Notes under the pieces: generated by a model
The model's input: only the letters and a program-made list of their open reading frames with translations
Databases searched by the model: none
Told to the model about the DNA's origin: nothing
From: Pseudovirgaria hyperparasitica
Lineage: Eukaryota
Assembly (NCBI GenBank): GCA_010093815.1
Contig: ML996573.1
Direction: 5' to 3' (one strand)
DNA: 64,000 nt
Part shown: positions 52,555-64,000 of the stretch, one piece after another
Layout of the letters: each line of letters starts with the position of its first letter
How positions within the stretch are numbered: position 1 is the first letter of the stretch
Position numbers and translations under genes: made by a program

Positions 52555-54622
52555 ATGTTTCTATCAACATGGCGGCGCGCTCGGCGCGATGCCTCAAGTC
52601 AAACCACCTCTCAGCCACCATTCCCCTACCGGCAGATGAGCATCCTATGTTCGTACCCTTTCATGGTCACATTACATCCCTATATATGTATGCTAATAGA
52701 CAACACAGCGCTGTGTCGACTATGCGAGCCTGTAGCATTCATGTCTGTCTTTCCCTACAGCCATTCCATGATGCAGTCATTCGGATTTGAGACAGAGAAG
52801 GAAATCGTCTTCTATGCCGGAATGGTCACGTCCGCTTTTGCCTTTGCTGAATTCTCGACCGGAATGTACTGGGGCCAAAAGAGCGATCGTGTCGGACGTA
52901 AGCCTGTACTCTTGACAGGCATGTTTGGGACTGGATTTAGCATGCTCGCCTTTGGATTCGCTCCAAATCTTTGGTTTGCGTTGTTTGCGCGCGCGATTGG
53001 TGGCTGTCTAAACGGGTGAGACCATGTCAGGGATATGGACATGAAATTTGATAGCTAACCCGTCACGCTACAGGAACATGGGCGTAATTCAAACTACTGT
53101 CGCGGAGATCGTCACAGTCGAGAGTCATCGTCGTAAGTCTGCAAGGCTAGTCTCGTTTTTCTTACGAACACTAACGTTCTTTAAAGCTTTTGCATATAGC
53201 ATCATCCCATTCATATGGGCAATTGGGTGAGTTTACTACAACCTTCAGCTCTATCACACAAGAGCTGACGTTATTTAGTTCTGTAATCGGAGCCTACTTG
53301 GGTGGAACCTTATCGAATCCCGTGAAGGCATACCCAGAACTATTCTCAGCCGGCAGCTTCTGGGCGAGATCATTCGAGAAGTTCCCATACCTTCTACCCA
53401 ATCTTGTTTGTGTCCTTGTGGTATTCACAGGGCTCATTATCGGCATCTTGTTTCTTGAAGAGACACACGAAGTCAAGAAGCAACAGCCTGACCTAGGATG
53501 TCAAATAGGGCGATCTATCTTGCGCTGTTTCCCCTGGTGTGCTGCTCAGACCCCGGATGCGTATGAGGCAGCGTATGACGAAAAGGGTAGTATGACCGAT
53601 GGAAACAGTGCGTTACTCCCACCCCGTCCCTGGCTCGACACTTACGGTACCAACACAGCCCTGGCGGATGATGCCGGCCTTGTAATAGCTGAGAAGCTGG
53701 AGGAAGAGGCCACATCAATCGCCCTACGCAGGGTCTTTACCCCCCAGATCCTTTCTATAGTCTGTGCTACGGGCCTTCTAGCTTTGTAAGTAATCAAACG
53801 TACTAATGTCGCCGCATGGCGCTGACTCTAAATAGCCATACGATTGCCTTCGAGCAGCAGCTTCCCCTGCTCATGGCTGCCCCTCGCTCGACAACAATTC
53901 CACAACTACCTTTCAAGTTCCAGGCTGGCCTGGATATGTCCGATAAGACAATTGGTGGGATCCTTTCCACGCAGGGCTGGCTTCAAATGATTGCTCAACT
54001 CGGCCTGTTCCCGTTCGTCAACCGGTGTCTCGGCAATTTGGTAACATTTCGACTCGTGGTTTTCGCATACCCAATCCTCTACTTCTTGATTCCTTACCTG
54101 GCACTCTTACCCACCTCGGTTCAGGTTCCAATAATGTATCCAGTCCTGGCGTGGAAAGTAGTTGCCCAGTCATTCAGCTATCCTTCTGCTGCAATGATGC
54201 TACAGAAGCTGGCCCCTAACAAGAATCGAGGATCTATCAACGGTGTGGCTACGTCGTCACAAAGTATCTGTAGAGGCTTTGGGCCGCTCATCTCGGGAGC
54301 CATACAGTCTCTTGGAACTTCGCACGGCTACTCAGGAGTTGTGTGGTGGTTCTGTGCGCTTATATCTCTCATCGCAGCGCTCGAATCGCTCTTCATGTCG
54401 GGTGATAAGGAAGCACCGGTGAAGGACGTCGAGAACGCGCTGCTAAAACACCCATCACTGCTTGAAGACGTCGACAGCGATTGCGAGACCACTATAGGAG
54501 ACGAAAGCGATTCTGAAGACGAGGGAACGCTTTGTAGCTCCCCTCGCCCCGAGTCATTTGATGGCTCTTTTACTCTCAATGGAGCTAGCGATACCATGGC
54601 TTTACTGCCCAAGCGGCATTAA
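52555..54622 (+). CDS. MFS transporter (DHA1-related, YCR023C/ZIFL-like); 6 exons
   Basis: PPFP.RQM.IL|SLCRLCEPVAFMSVFPY, motif A WGQKSDRVGRKPVLL, ARAIGGCLNG|NMGVIQTTVAEI, FEKFPYLLPNL, RGSINGVA.S..SI.RGFGPL. Five GT-AG introns splice in frame. Confidence 0.92.
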
Positions 54623-55382
54623 AACGACAAACACGCCACTAAACGACCACCTCGGATTATGTTCTTTTCACTTGTGTTAGCGACTGTTCGGCATCATTAT
54701 TATCATTACTATCATCATCATTATCATCATCATTTGCGCAAGGAGTCATGGGCCATTCGGCAGGCAATTTTCTGATAGAAAAGTCCGCGACGGCTTATAC
54801 CCAACTGATACCCAATCCTGTGTATTTATAGACATGGCATAGACAGAGAGACCGTGCATGGGCCATTACGACGTTTAGGCTCAGCACTTAGCATATTCGA
54901 AAACCAATGATCATGATATCTTTTAATATATCAGAGTGTGTACCTGCATCTCGGTTCTGGATAGGCACTATATATTGTGCGATGTATCATAGATGTAATA
55001 GCCAGCATAAGAAGTCAGCCAATAGGTAAGCAAGCGACACTAGGTACGGGCAGTTATGTAGGCGCCTAAGCAAAGATGGCACGCCCCCCCAAATATCCCG
55101 CGCATATATCAGCCTATCTCGCTATGACGATCTCGCCTACTCTACGTGTCTAATTACTCTGACTGACCCACAAGCTCTCAGTCTCCGATAAGGCGCAGCT
55201 TGTATCTTTCAGGCGTAATACGGATCATAAAACACTCCCATACAATACACTTCTCCTACTTCACTCAACGCTTCGCCAATGTCGACTCTGGAGATTTCGC
55301 GCTGCTATTGACCTTAGCCTTGAACTGGTTCAATTCTCCTCCGTGTTTCTTGCGTCACGCCGTTCTGCAATGCGTTGTGCCC

Positions 55383-58300
55383 ATGACGGTGTCCAAGCGA
55401 TCGCTGGAGGAGGATGAAGACAACTGTCCCACCACGACATCTTCATCTACATCGTCCTTCCGCAATGTCTCCGCCTGTAATCGCTGCCGTCTGCGCAAGA
55501 ACCGATGTGATCAGCGACTGCCTGCTTGTGCATCGTGCGAGAAAGCGCGTGTCAAATGCGTGGGCTACGACCCCATAACGAAGAGGGAGATACCCAGAAG
55601 GTGGGCGCCGTAGCTGCAGCCAGACCTGCCTCGAGCTAACCGTAATGCACAGTTACGTCTACTATCTAGAATCCCGTGTCAAGTATCTAGAACGATTACT
55701 GAAAGACACCTCGATCGACTTCCTAACCCCGGACAACTTCAATCCAGATCTCGAGGCGTCTGGCGCACCGGACAAACAGAAACGCCCTTCGGACAATGGA
55801 CCTTATGATAATTCGCCTAGCGCCGCTGGTGCAGACACAAGCGGGAAAGATGAAAAATATGATAGAGAGAAATTGACCAAACTAGTCTCGAACATTGGAA
55901 TGGTGTCAGTGCAGGGAGCCTCTGACCCAAGGTTCTTGGGCTCCACGTCAGGCATCTCCTTCGCAAGAGTAGTTTTCGCAGCTGTGAAAAGCTCCATGTC
56001 TGGCGCATCTTCAGAACGCGGAAGTGCGCGCGGTAGTAAAGCAACCTTGCAAGCCGCCGCGGTCAGTGGAGGCACATCCATGAGAGATTCCTTCTTCGGC
56101 CTCCATACGAAGCCTACCATCAAACAAGCTCCGTTTCCCGATCGTGAGCTAGGTCTCAAGCTTGCAGAACTCTATTTTGAGCATGCAAACCCCCAGATTC
56201 CCATCTTGCATCGAGGCGAGTTCATGAAAATGTTCGAGCGGGTGTACCAGGATGATGAGAGGAATCGGACGGCCCGTGAGTCATACATGCTGAATATCGT
56301 GTACGCCATAGGCTCTGGAATCATCATGGGAAGTTCCGAAAGCGGTGACTCGCCTGAATCTGAGGACAATGGTCCGGCTGCGAAACCTCCGAGTCCTCCT
56401 AGCAACAAGAGACGGAGATTGACTGCAGTCCAGCATCAGCCTGAAGAATATCATGCGTCCGCGATCATACATCTAGAATCTTTCTTGGGTGCAAACTCCG
56501 CAGCTGAACGCCCAGAAGGCTTTGGCGGTGGCTTAGAAGAACTACAAGCAGTCTTGCTGCTGGCTGGTTTCGCTCTACTTCGACCCGTAGCTCCTGGCTT
56601 GTGGTATATTGTAGGAGTTGCAGTCCGTTTGGGCGTCGATCTCGGGCTCCATTATGAGGATGGCCTCGGGATCGACAGCCCCGTAGTTGAGACAGATGGT
56701 AGAAGTCGAAAGCCATCTAGTGAATCCTCAGAGAGCGCGAACGCGAATAGTCAGAGAGTTGACGCGAAAGAGCGAGGCCGCAGACAATGGGTACGAGACC
56801 TGCGAAGGAGATTATGGTGGTGTGTCTACTCCTTCGATCGCCTCGTGAGTACCTGCGTAGGTCGCCCTTTCGGAATCACTGATCAGGTCATCACCACCGA
56901 ATTCCCCTCTTTACTAGATGATAAATATATCACACGAGAGGGGTTTATCACTCCGCCAAATGGCTCGGAGAAGCCTAGCTATAAATGCGTAACGTACCAT
57001 TACATTCGATTAAGACTACTGCAATCAGAGATCTTGCAGGTGCTACAGTATAAGCAGGCTCAACAAGTTCGAGCCAACGGAGCCAACCAGACGAATGCCT
57101 TTATGCATACCGGGCTGCCCTCCCCATTCTTGTCAGGATTTGCTGACTTCCGCTCGTGGAGAGTGGACATCGACCGCAGATTATGGGAATGGAAGGAATC
57201 TGCCCCAAGCCAAATCGATGCTGGCGTTCAATTCTCACCACTATTCTTAGAGCTGAATTATTGGCAAGCAGTTATTATGCTCTATAGACAGAGCTTGATT
57301 ATACCCTCAGCTCTTGCTGGTGAACTTGGAGACACCAACGGAGATGTTACCAGCCCTTCAACTATGGTCGAGGACCGCGAAGATGAAGACACGGTCTACT
57401 TGAAGGTTGCAGAAGCTGGCCAAAAGGTCTTGAAAATCTACCGGCAATTACATCGCGTGCATTTGGTCAACTACACATTCTTGGCAACACATCACCTCTT
57501 CATGGCCGGTATATCATTCTTGTATGCAATCTGGCATTCTACCGCAGTCCGGAGCCACTTGGTCAGTATGCTCCATCCTGGTTTCGTGTTTCTGCTTACG
57601 TTTGATCCACAGACACTCGATGATGTTGATTTTACCGTTCTCGCCGCTACGTCTGTTCTAGGAGATCTAATCGACAAGTGTCCGCCAGCAGAAGCATGCA
57701 GGGATGCTTTCGATCGTATGAGCAAAGCAACAATTCAGATGTGCATGTCTACGACTGGTTTTGGCTCAGCATCTCGCGTCGCCCAGTACCAGTCCACGAT
57801 TTCTCCTATAAGTAGTCGAGCCGACGAGAGCTCAGACACTGAAATGGGCAGCTCGGGGTATCAGGGAGGAGGGTACTTCCAGCGACACTCCCGAAGATCT
57901 GCTCCACGCTTTGATATGAACCTCCGCGATCTCTTCAGTGATGAAGAAACCGACGTGCGATCTTTCGGTCGCATCAGCAATCAAATAGGCCGGCCTGGGC
58001 ATCTACAACAACAATTACTTCAACAAGATCATCTTCATCAGCGACAATCACTTCAGCAGCAGCAAGAACAACAACATCAACATCAACATCAACATCAACA
58101 ATTACTTCAACAAGATCATCATCATCGTCAACATAAACAGCATATCAAACCGGAACCGTCTGTGTCCCCTACTACACGTACTCACGATCCCCCACAACCA
58201 CAAGTTTTTAACCCTAACGACCCAACGATCAATCCACCTATAACGCTCTCTCCCCAATCGCATCATTCCCATGTACAACATCAACACCAACAGCATCAGG

Positions 58301-58611
58301 TGCAAGTCTCGCCATACCAGCTTACAAACACCCATCCTTACTCTAATTTTGCCTCTTCGATCTCCAATACCTACCCTGATCTTGGACCCTTCTCAGACCT
58401 CGACTTCTTAGACTCATTCCCCGTACAGGGCGCCTCCTCGGGACTGACAGGAATTCACGGCAACGGACAAGGCGACGTAGGAGGTGGTGCTTCAAGTGGG
58501 CTTGATCTGGGCTTTGGTATGGGCTTCGATGGTAATCATGACTGGAGTGAAGGCAGTGGGGTGGATCTGTTCGATGGATTCTTTTTCGGGGGCAGTGGTG
58601 GGGGTTTATGA
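55383..58611 (+). CDS. uaY: Positive regulator of purine utilisation UaY (Ppr1-like Zn2Cys6 factor); 3 exons
   Basis: FRNVSACNRCRLRKNRCDQRLP.C..CEKA.V.CVGYDPITKREIPR|SYVYYLESRV; Fungal_trans motif RRRLWWCVYSFDRLVSTCVGRPFGI; Q/H-rich tract; acidic tail HDWSEG...DLFDGFFFG. Confidence 0.9.
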
Positions 58612-59076
58612 AGTCAACGTTTGGGCTGCCATGAACAAAGTGTCATTTCTGGAGTTCTCGGTTGTGTTGATTGGATAGACTTGTCTGAGGTGCGGCGATT
58701 CCCTGTCATCGGAGGTCGCCGATGGTCTGGGTGAATTGAGTCTCCGAGGAGACGAGGGTTTGGGGGCGGGGGAAGGCAAGATAGACACAGCAAAACGGCT
58801 GAAGCCCGGATGTATCATTGGTCTAGCTCATGAAGCAGAAAGCTTGCCTATGCCGCGGAATTGATCTTGCGTTACGAAGGTCACGAATTCTCTTGTCACC
58901 GTCTGACTACAGGCAGGTAGTATCTATCACATTCAGTCAAATCTGTGACCAATCCTCAGGGACCTCCCAAATCTATTGTGTGTCTTTATGGTATCTTGGT
59001 ACGTACTCGGTAAGAATCAGAGGATCTGGCGTGTCCTGTGGTCGCGGGTCGGGGAGGAGATCTTACTGCGTAATAG

Positions 59077-61143
59077 TTATGCCCTTGACGGCTCAGAGTC
59101 AATCTCCAACCTTATCGCATCATACTGCACATAGACGCTCTCGGGCAACAACGCGCTCTCATAATCCGTCGCATTTGCCGGTAAGCTCATGACAAACTCG
59201 TTCGCACCGTCTTGCAACCAACTCACTGGAAATTCGTACTTGTGCGCTATATTGTAACACGATATTTCCGAGCGCACGGCACACGAACTACTGTGGTAGT
59301 ACGGTATTACCCATGGTGCTATGTCTCTGTTGTTCACGCTCACGGTCAAGGGGAGATCAGCGTAAGGCTCGGAGCTGTTATATACATCCGTGTTCCCGGC
59401 TGCCGTCTTTGCGCCTGCGAGTTGAACCGTGAATATCGCCTTCGTTGCGTCCGCCATCTGTTCGGCAGTGGAATTGAAGCTGAATAGGATCGTCCAGTTT
59501 GCGACATTCTCGAAATATGGAACAGGGCGCAGCGCGTTCGCTTTTCCCCCGTACACGCTCCAGTGCACGTAATTCAGATCATCCAAAGAGGACTTCCCGA
59601 CCGTATACTGTACACCCTCGGGGAACTCGGTTGGGAAATCATATGCAGCCCAGTAGATGCGGTACTCGGGCGGGTGCAGCGTGCCATTTTGGGATGGCAT
59701 GCGTCCGTGTCGATACTCGCCGCTGCTTTTGTCCGGTACGCCGATGCGGAAGAGTTCTGTACCAGATGATTCCTCGGTCCAGCGTGCGCGTGTGTGCGTG
59801 CTTTGCTCTGCGGAGATGGAGATCCCGTCGCGGATGTATTGCCCAAAAATACCGTCGGCATAGATGGTCAGACGATACAGTCCAGCTACGACGCCGGAGA
59901 TTTGCACGCTGCCAGACGGGGTTATGGAGGCCCAGTATTGGTATGCGCTGGTGTTGAAGACGTTGTCCTGGAAGTCGTAACCCGAAGCTGTGAGGATGGC
60001 TATGGGCCGCGATGCGCCTTGAGGTAAGTCGATTGTGCCTGTCCAGGAGCCGCGACCGGAGGTTGGAACGTAGCCCGAGACATGGGGCGCGATAGAATCG
60101 TAAAATGGCTTGTTCCACGAGGGTGTGGCGAAGCGTGCGGCATCGGCGCGGAGCGCAGAGAGAGGAGTGCCCGTGATATTGGTATTGAAGTGTAAAAATG
60201 ACGGCCCAAACGTACGATCGAAGCCATGTGTGATCTTGGGCGTCTGGTCGCCGTGATGGTTGGACGAGATGTAATTGTACACGATGCCGTCGACGGTAAG
60301 GTCGGAGTGCAGCGGCCCACCAAAGTAAGTATCACGGGTATTCATGACAAGCCAGGCTCCGTATACATTGCCGTTAAGAGTTCGAGAGCCATCGGCAAAG
60401 ATTCCATGCACATCATGGTCGCGCCAGGCGTCCGCAAAGGTGTATTTCGTAAAGTATGGGGCGATTTGCTGGACATACGGGTCGGCTGCATTGTTGACGT
60501 CCCAGGTTGCATCTTGGACTGTTACCTGGTGGGTCAGATTGGGGAGAGGGCCGTAGAAAACTTCATTTGTGCTCAGATGGGTCCAAATTGGCGTATTTGG
60601 TCGAAACAGTGTGCGGAATTCCTGCAAGTTCCTCAGAAAAGGGGTTGTTGTATTCCGATACTCCAACCGGGAGAACATATGCAGGCCAGTCTCGCCATCA
60701 CGGAGAAACCAGTACTGCTCCAACCTCTGACCAGTCGGAGGGTATACCTCACCCATGACGATACCGCCATACATGGTCCCGGTGCTATCGTTCCCAGTGA
60801 AGACTTTGTAGTAAGGATCGATCGATCCAGGGGTGTAGAAGCCGCTTGGGATGCAATAACAGTCAAGGTAGGGGCCAATTCCACTATTTGCCGCCCCTGA
60901 TGCTCCCCCAGGGGTCGGTGTTTCGTAGCTTTTGGTTCCCAGTAAGTCCTGCCCATCAAGGAACACATTGTCGATGGCACCTGTAGACTTATTTACAGTT
61001 GTGAAAAGGCGATCATTAGTCAGAACAATCTGGAAGCTGTTCTCCGTAGCTATGATCGCGGCCGTTGAACGACCCAGAAGCCAACCTGCAGAAAATAGTA
61101 GATACAGTCTGAATTGCAATATCTGGTTCATCCTTCCAGTCAT
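59077..61143 (-). CDS. Secreted rhamnogalacturonan lyase, polysaccharide lyase family 4
   Basis: Intronless 688 aa with signal peptide; GIGPYLDCYC, QYWFLRDGETGLHMFSR, LQEFRTLFRP, VQDATW, YFTKYTF, GGPLHSDLTVDGIVYNY..SNHHG, IG.PDKSSGEYRHG, QYDAIRLE. Confidence 0.93.
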   Translation of the reverse strand: MTGRMNQILQFRLYLLFSAGWLLGRSTAAIIATENSFQIVLTNDRLFTTVNKSTGAIDNVFLDGQDLLGTKSYETPTPGGASGAANSGIGPYLDCYCIPSGFYTPGSIDPYYKVFTGNDSTGTMYGGIVMGEVYPPTGQRLEQYWFLRDGETGLHMFSRLEYRNTTTPFLRNLQEFRTLFRPNTPIWTHLSTNEVFYGPLPNLTHQVTVQDATWDVNNAADPYVQQIAPYFTKYTFADAWRDHDVHGIFADGSRTLNGNVYGAWLVMNTRDTYFGGPLHSDLTVDGIVYNYISSNHHGDQTPKITHGFDRTFGPSFLHFNTNITGTPLSALRADAARFATPSWNKPFYDSIAPHVSGYVPTSGRGSWTGTIDLPQGASRPIAILTASGYDFQDNVFNTSAYQYWASITPSGSVQISGVVAGLYRLTIYADGIFGQYIRDGISISAEQSTHTRARWTEESSGTELFRIGVPDKSSGEYRHGRMPSQNGTLHPPEYRIYWAAYDFPTEFPEGVQYTVGKSSLDDLNYVHWSVYGGKANALRPVPYFENVANWTILFSFNSTAEQMADATKAIFTVQLAGAKTAAGNTDVYNSSEPYADLPLTVSVNNRDIAPWVIPYYHSSSCAVRSEISCYNIAHKYEFPVSWLQDGANEFVMSLPANATDYESALLPESVYVQYDAIRLEIDSEPSRA

Positions 61144-61759
61144 GATGACAGTGCTTATGGGTGCTGCGGGTACTTGAAATTTATAGGAAGACTTATAGGA
61201 TATCAGAGAGCCCGGATTCTGGAGGGGAAGTCACGCTATTCAGGAACCCACATTCTTAACCTTGTATATATGCAGATCTATTCTTTCGAGAGAAATGTAG
61301 CTTGGCGATAGAGGCATGATCACAATTCTAAAACGCTCTATAGAGTCTTTACGTCTGATGTCTATGTCAGCTGGAAAATAGAAGTTTGTTAGGCTTTATA
61401 AGTGTAAATCCCAATGTATTGGGTAGAGCAGTTCAGAAGAATCGTATTGAGCTCGGTCAGTGATCAGCCGAGACGGACAATCCATCTCGCTTGACATTTC
61501 GTCATGAAGTTCAGCACTGACCGATACAGGTGGATGGAATGAATCCCAGACAACGCACGAGTCACCATCTTCTTTCATTCATCCATACATCGCACAATTC
61601 CAGGATGATAATCTGGCGATGCCGTAGCAAGGCACCGGAGAATTACTGAAAGCATTGCGGAATCATTCGGGGACTACTGAAGGGCTACGAACCCCTGTTA
61701 CATGAAGTTAGAGAGTAGCTCTCGCACCCGGTCGATGCCATGTACTGAATTTTGCTTTG

Positions 61760-63447
61760 CTAATGGCACTCCCAGCTATCGACGTCGTACGGATCAGTAC
61801 CTACAAAGGTATTCGTTGCAGGATATCTGAAGTGACATCAGCACTGTAGAACAATCATGTAGATTTAAACGAACATACTTGCAGTGCCGCCTTTGAAAGT
61901 GTTGGCCTGCTAAAACTGTGTCGTTCACGAACTTAGTTCCCACGATATGTTCTGGTGCTCGTCCATATTCGACCCAGTCAACCAACGCAGCCAATATATT
62001 TTGAGAACTTTCAAATGGTACGCCAGCCGCAGACACGCCTCCACCTTGTCCAAAGACCCAAGCACCCGGCCCAGTATTGCAATGATTCATTCCCGAGATT
62101 CGAAAGAAGCGGTAGAAAGAGTCAAGGTCACCGGACATGCCTATGTTCAGACGGTCCCACAAACGGTTTGAATTGAAGCTCGAAATTTGGTTGTCCTGCT
62201 GGCCGTGGAATGTCAAGATCTTTCCACCACGTGCCTTGAATTCATGTAATTGCCTTGGGAAAGTGCGAATGTTTGACGGATTCCTAGACTCTGCTGCCTG
62301 GATATCCCGAGGGGTCATTCGGCTACCGTTCCAAGAGGGGTCATACACGACATAGCGGTACCAGTCTAAGGAGTAAGGCCAGGGAGCTCCGTTGTAAAGG
62401 CCTTCTGATGCCTTATCTTCGCTGCCAGGCTGCATTGCCGGATATAGTATCTCGCCATGAGCGCCTGTCATGGGTTTGAAGATACGGCGAACAGCTTCAA
62501 CTTGAGCAGTGCCCAAGCAGGTCGTGGAGCCGGCATGGACTGCATCAGACCCACAAAGTAGTGCACCTGGATCGAAATTACAACGGGTAGGATCTTCGAT
62601 GATACCATCCTTTGCACCATCAAGGGTGTCGCATTGCCGAAGGACTTCTTCGTGCACCAGACCTTTCCACAACGCCTGGTCAACATATCGAGCATCCCCA
62701 GATCCTCCCGTCATAGGATAAAAACTACCTCTCCAAGATATCATATGATTGAAGTCGACAGCGGGTGAACCCGCAACAACTCCATCGTAGTCAGACGGAA
62801 ACTTCATGGTAGCCTTGATACCTTGTCGGCCACCTAGGGAACATCCCAAGTAATAAGACTTGCTATGGTGTTTCTCATAGAAAACGTGCAAAATTTTCTT
62901 ACCGAACCCGGTAATAGTGTGTAAAGAACGCCAGGCAAAATCAGTGACTATATCGTCGTTCTCGTCAAAGGAAACGCCGGTGGTCCCGTTATGACCGTTG
63001 TTGCTACCGACGGCGGCGAAACCGTTGGACGTCGCATAAGCCATATCTTCGTACCTGATACCTGCAGGAACAGTCAGGCAGCGGCACATAATATCGCCAA
63101 TGCGTCGACCTACATCCATCTATTCCTCCATTTCCAGTGGCGAGAAATCTACCAGACCAATTGCTAGGAAACCATGCTTCGAATATAATACTTGAACGAT
63201 GTGATGTGGGCAGACTCATCGCGATGCGACATATATCCTGTGGTATCAGTTGGCTCGGACGCTTACACGACTGATCATTGTCCGGAAACTGTAGGGTGGT
63301 CTTGGCTGGAATGAATGCGAGAGCCGTTACAGTTGAGTTTGAGTAGTATCGCCCGGGATCGAAGCGCAGACAGCGTGCTTCAAAGAGGGACAGAGTATAC
63401 ACCTTGCAAATTATGACAGTCCACAGTAACGATAAAGTAAGAATCAT
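61760..63447 (-). CDS. Secreted tannase/feruloyl esterase (FaeB-like); 3 exons
   Basis: W.P.NWSGRFLATGNGG.DG|CI.Y.D, DFAWRSLH, nucleophile motif GCSLGGRQG, FHGQQD, YRFFRISGMNHC, RRHCK|YP.......SWEC*. Confidence 0.94.
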
Positions 63448-63698
63448 GGTAATTGAATACGGTGTTGAAAATGAATCAAAATTTGTCGACCTTGCCAGCA
63501 TGTACTTGGGACGATGCTACACGATAAATCGACTCGAGGCGCGGAGATGTAGACAGCAGAATCGGCACTTGACCCGTTGACCATATAATTTTATTACCAG
63601 GCCCCCCTTGTTGAAGAGTATGCGAGATGTATTGGTGCTTACCAGCTCTGTAGTTTCACTAAGATGTTACTGGTAAGAGGGATGGATGGATAAGAGGG

Positions 63699-63707
63699 CC
63701 CACCAAT
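63699..63707. promoter_or_regulatory. Candidate galacturonic-acid response element (GARE core CCNCCAA)
   Basis: CCCACCAAT about 250 bp upstream of the feruloyl esterase ATG; motif match only. Confidence 0.35.
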
Positions 63708-63779
63708 CCGTATATACATAGTTACATGGGAAAGCTTGGCGCCCGATGTTCGCCCATGTCACCAACACACACGATCAAG

Positions 63780-64000
63780 TATAATTAATATTCTTATATA
63801 CTACTACTATACTACTCTTATATAGTATTTAAGAGATAGTATAACTAATATATAATACTATAGATCCTTAATATTCTCTCTATATCCTTCTAGAGCGCTT
63901 TTAAATATAGGGGTATATAGCTAGCTAGACCTAAGAGTATCTTTATATAACTTACTCTTTTTACTCTTTTTCTTTAGTTTTAGAGGTATTATAGATAGTA
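63780..64000. mobile_element. Start of a second AT-rich, RIP-degenerated repeat block (family not identifiable)
   Basis: Abrupt switch at about 63780 to TpA-rich sequence almost lacking CpA/TpG, as in 1-6840. Confidence 0.75.

Overview
Eukaryotic DNA from a filamentous ascomycete (Pezizomycotina; short GT-AG introns, Zn2Cys6 transcription factors, RIP-mutated transposons). A gene-dense block of about 57 kb (about 7.0-63.8 kb) lies between two AT-rich RIP-degenerated blocks. The left block holds a Ty3/gypsy element (- strand), extra LTR-like pieces and a Ty1/copia RT-RNaseH with PPT and 3' LTR; that LTR appears to cut a glutathione S-transferase gene. The gene block encodes dynactin p25, INCENP, Rav1, Rmt3/PRMT3, a JMJD5-like JmjC protein, a UBE2G/Ubc7-type E2, an AKTIP/FtsA-like E2 variant, UaY, two other intact Zn2Cys6 factors and one disabled one, an amidohydrolase, a Mae1-like transporter, a 5'-nucleotidase, an MFS transporter, a PL4 rhamnogalacturonan lyase, a tannase/feruloyl esterase, an intron-containing tRNA-Glu(UUC) and two very small secreted proteins. 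The main oddities are a lone in-frame TGA in otherwise intact RAV1, a TAG at a likely Trp in a secreted peptide, a candidate uORF plus an out-of-frame strong ATG at the MFS gene, a GC-AG intron, a 76-aa GPI micro-protein missed by the ORF track, and a head-to-head PRMT3/JMJD5 pair. All family calls come from motif recognition by eye, not database searches. No clearly new biological system is demonstrable from sequence alone.
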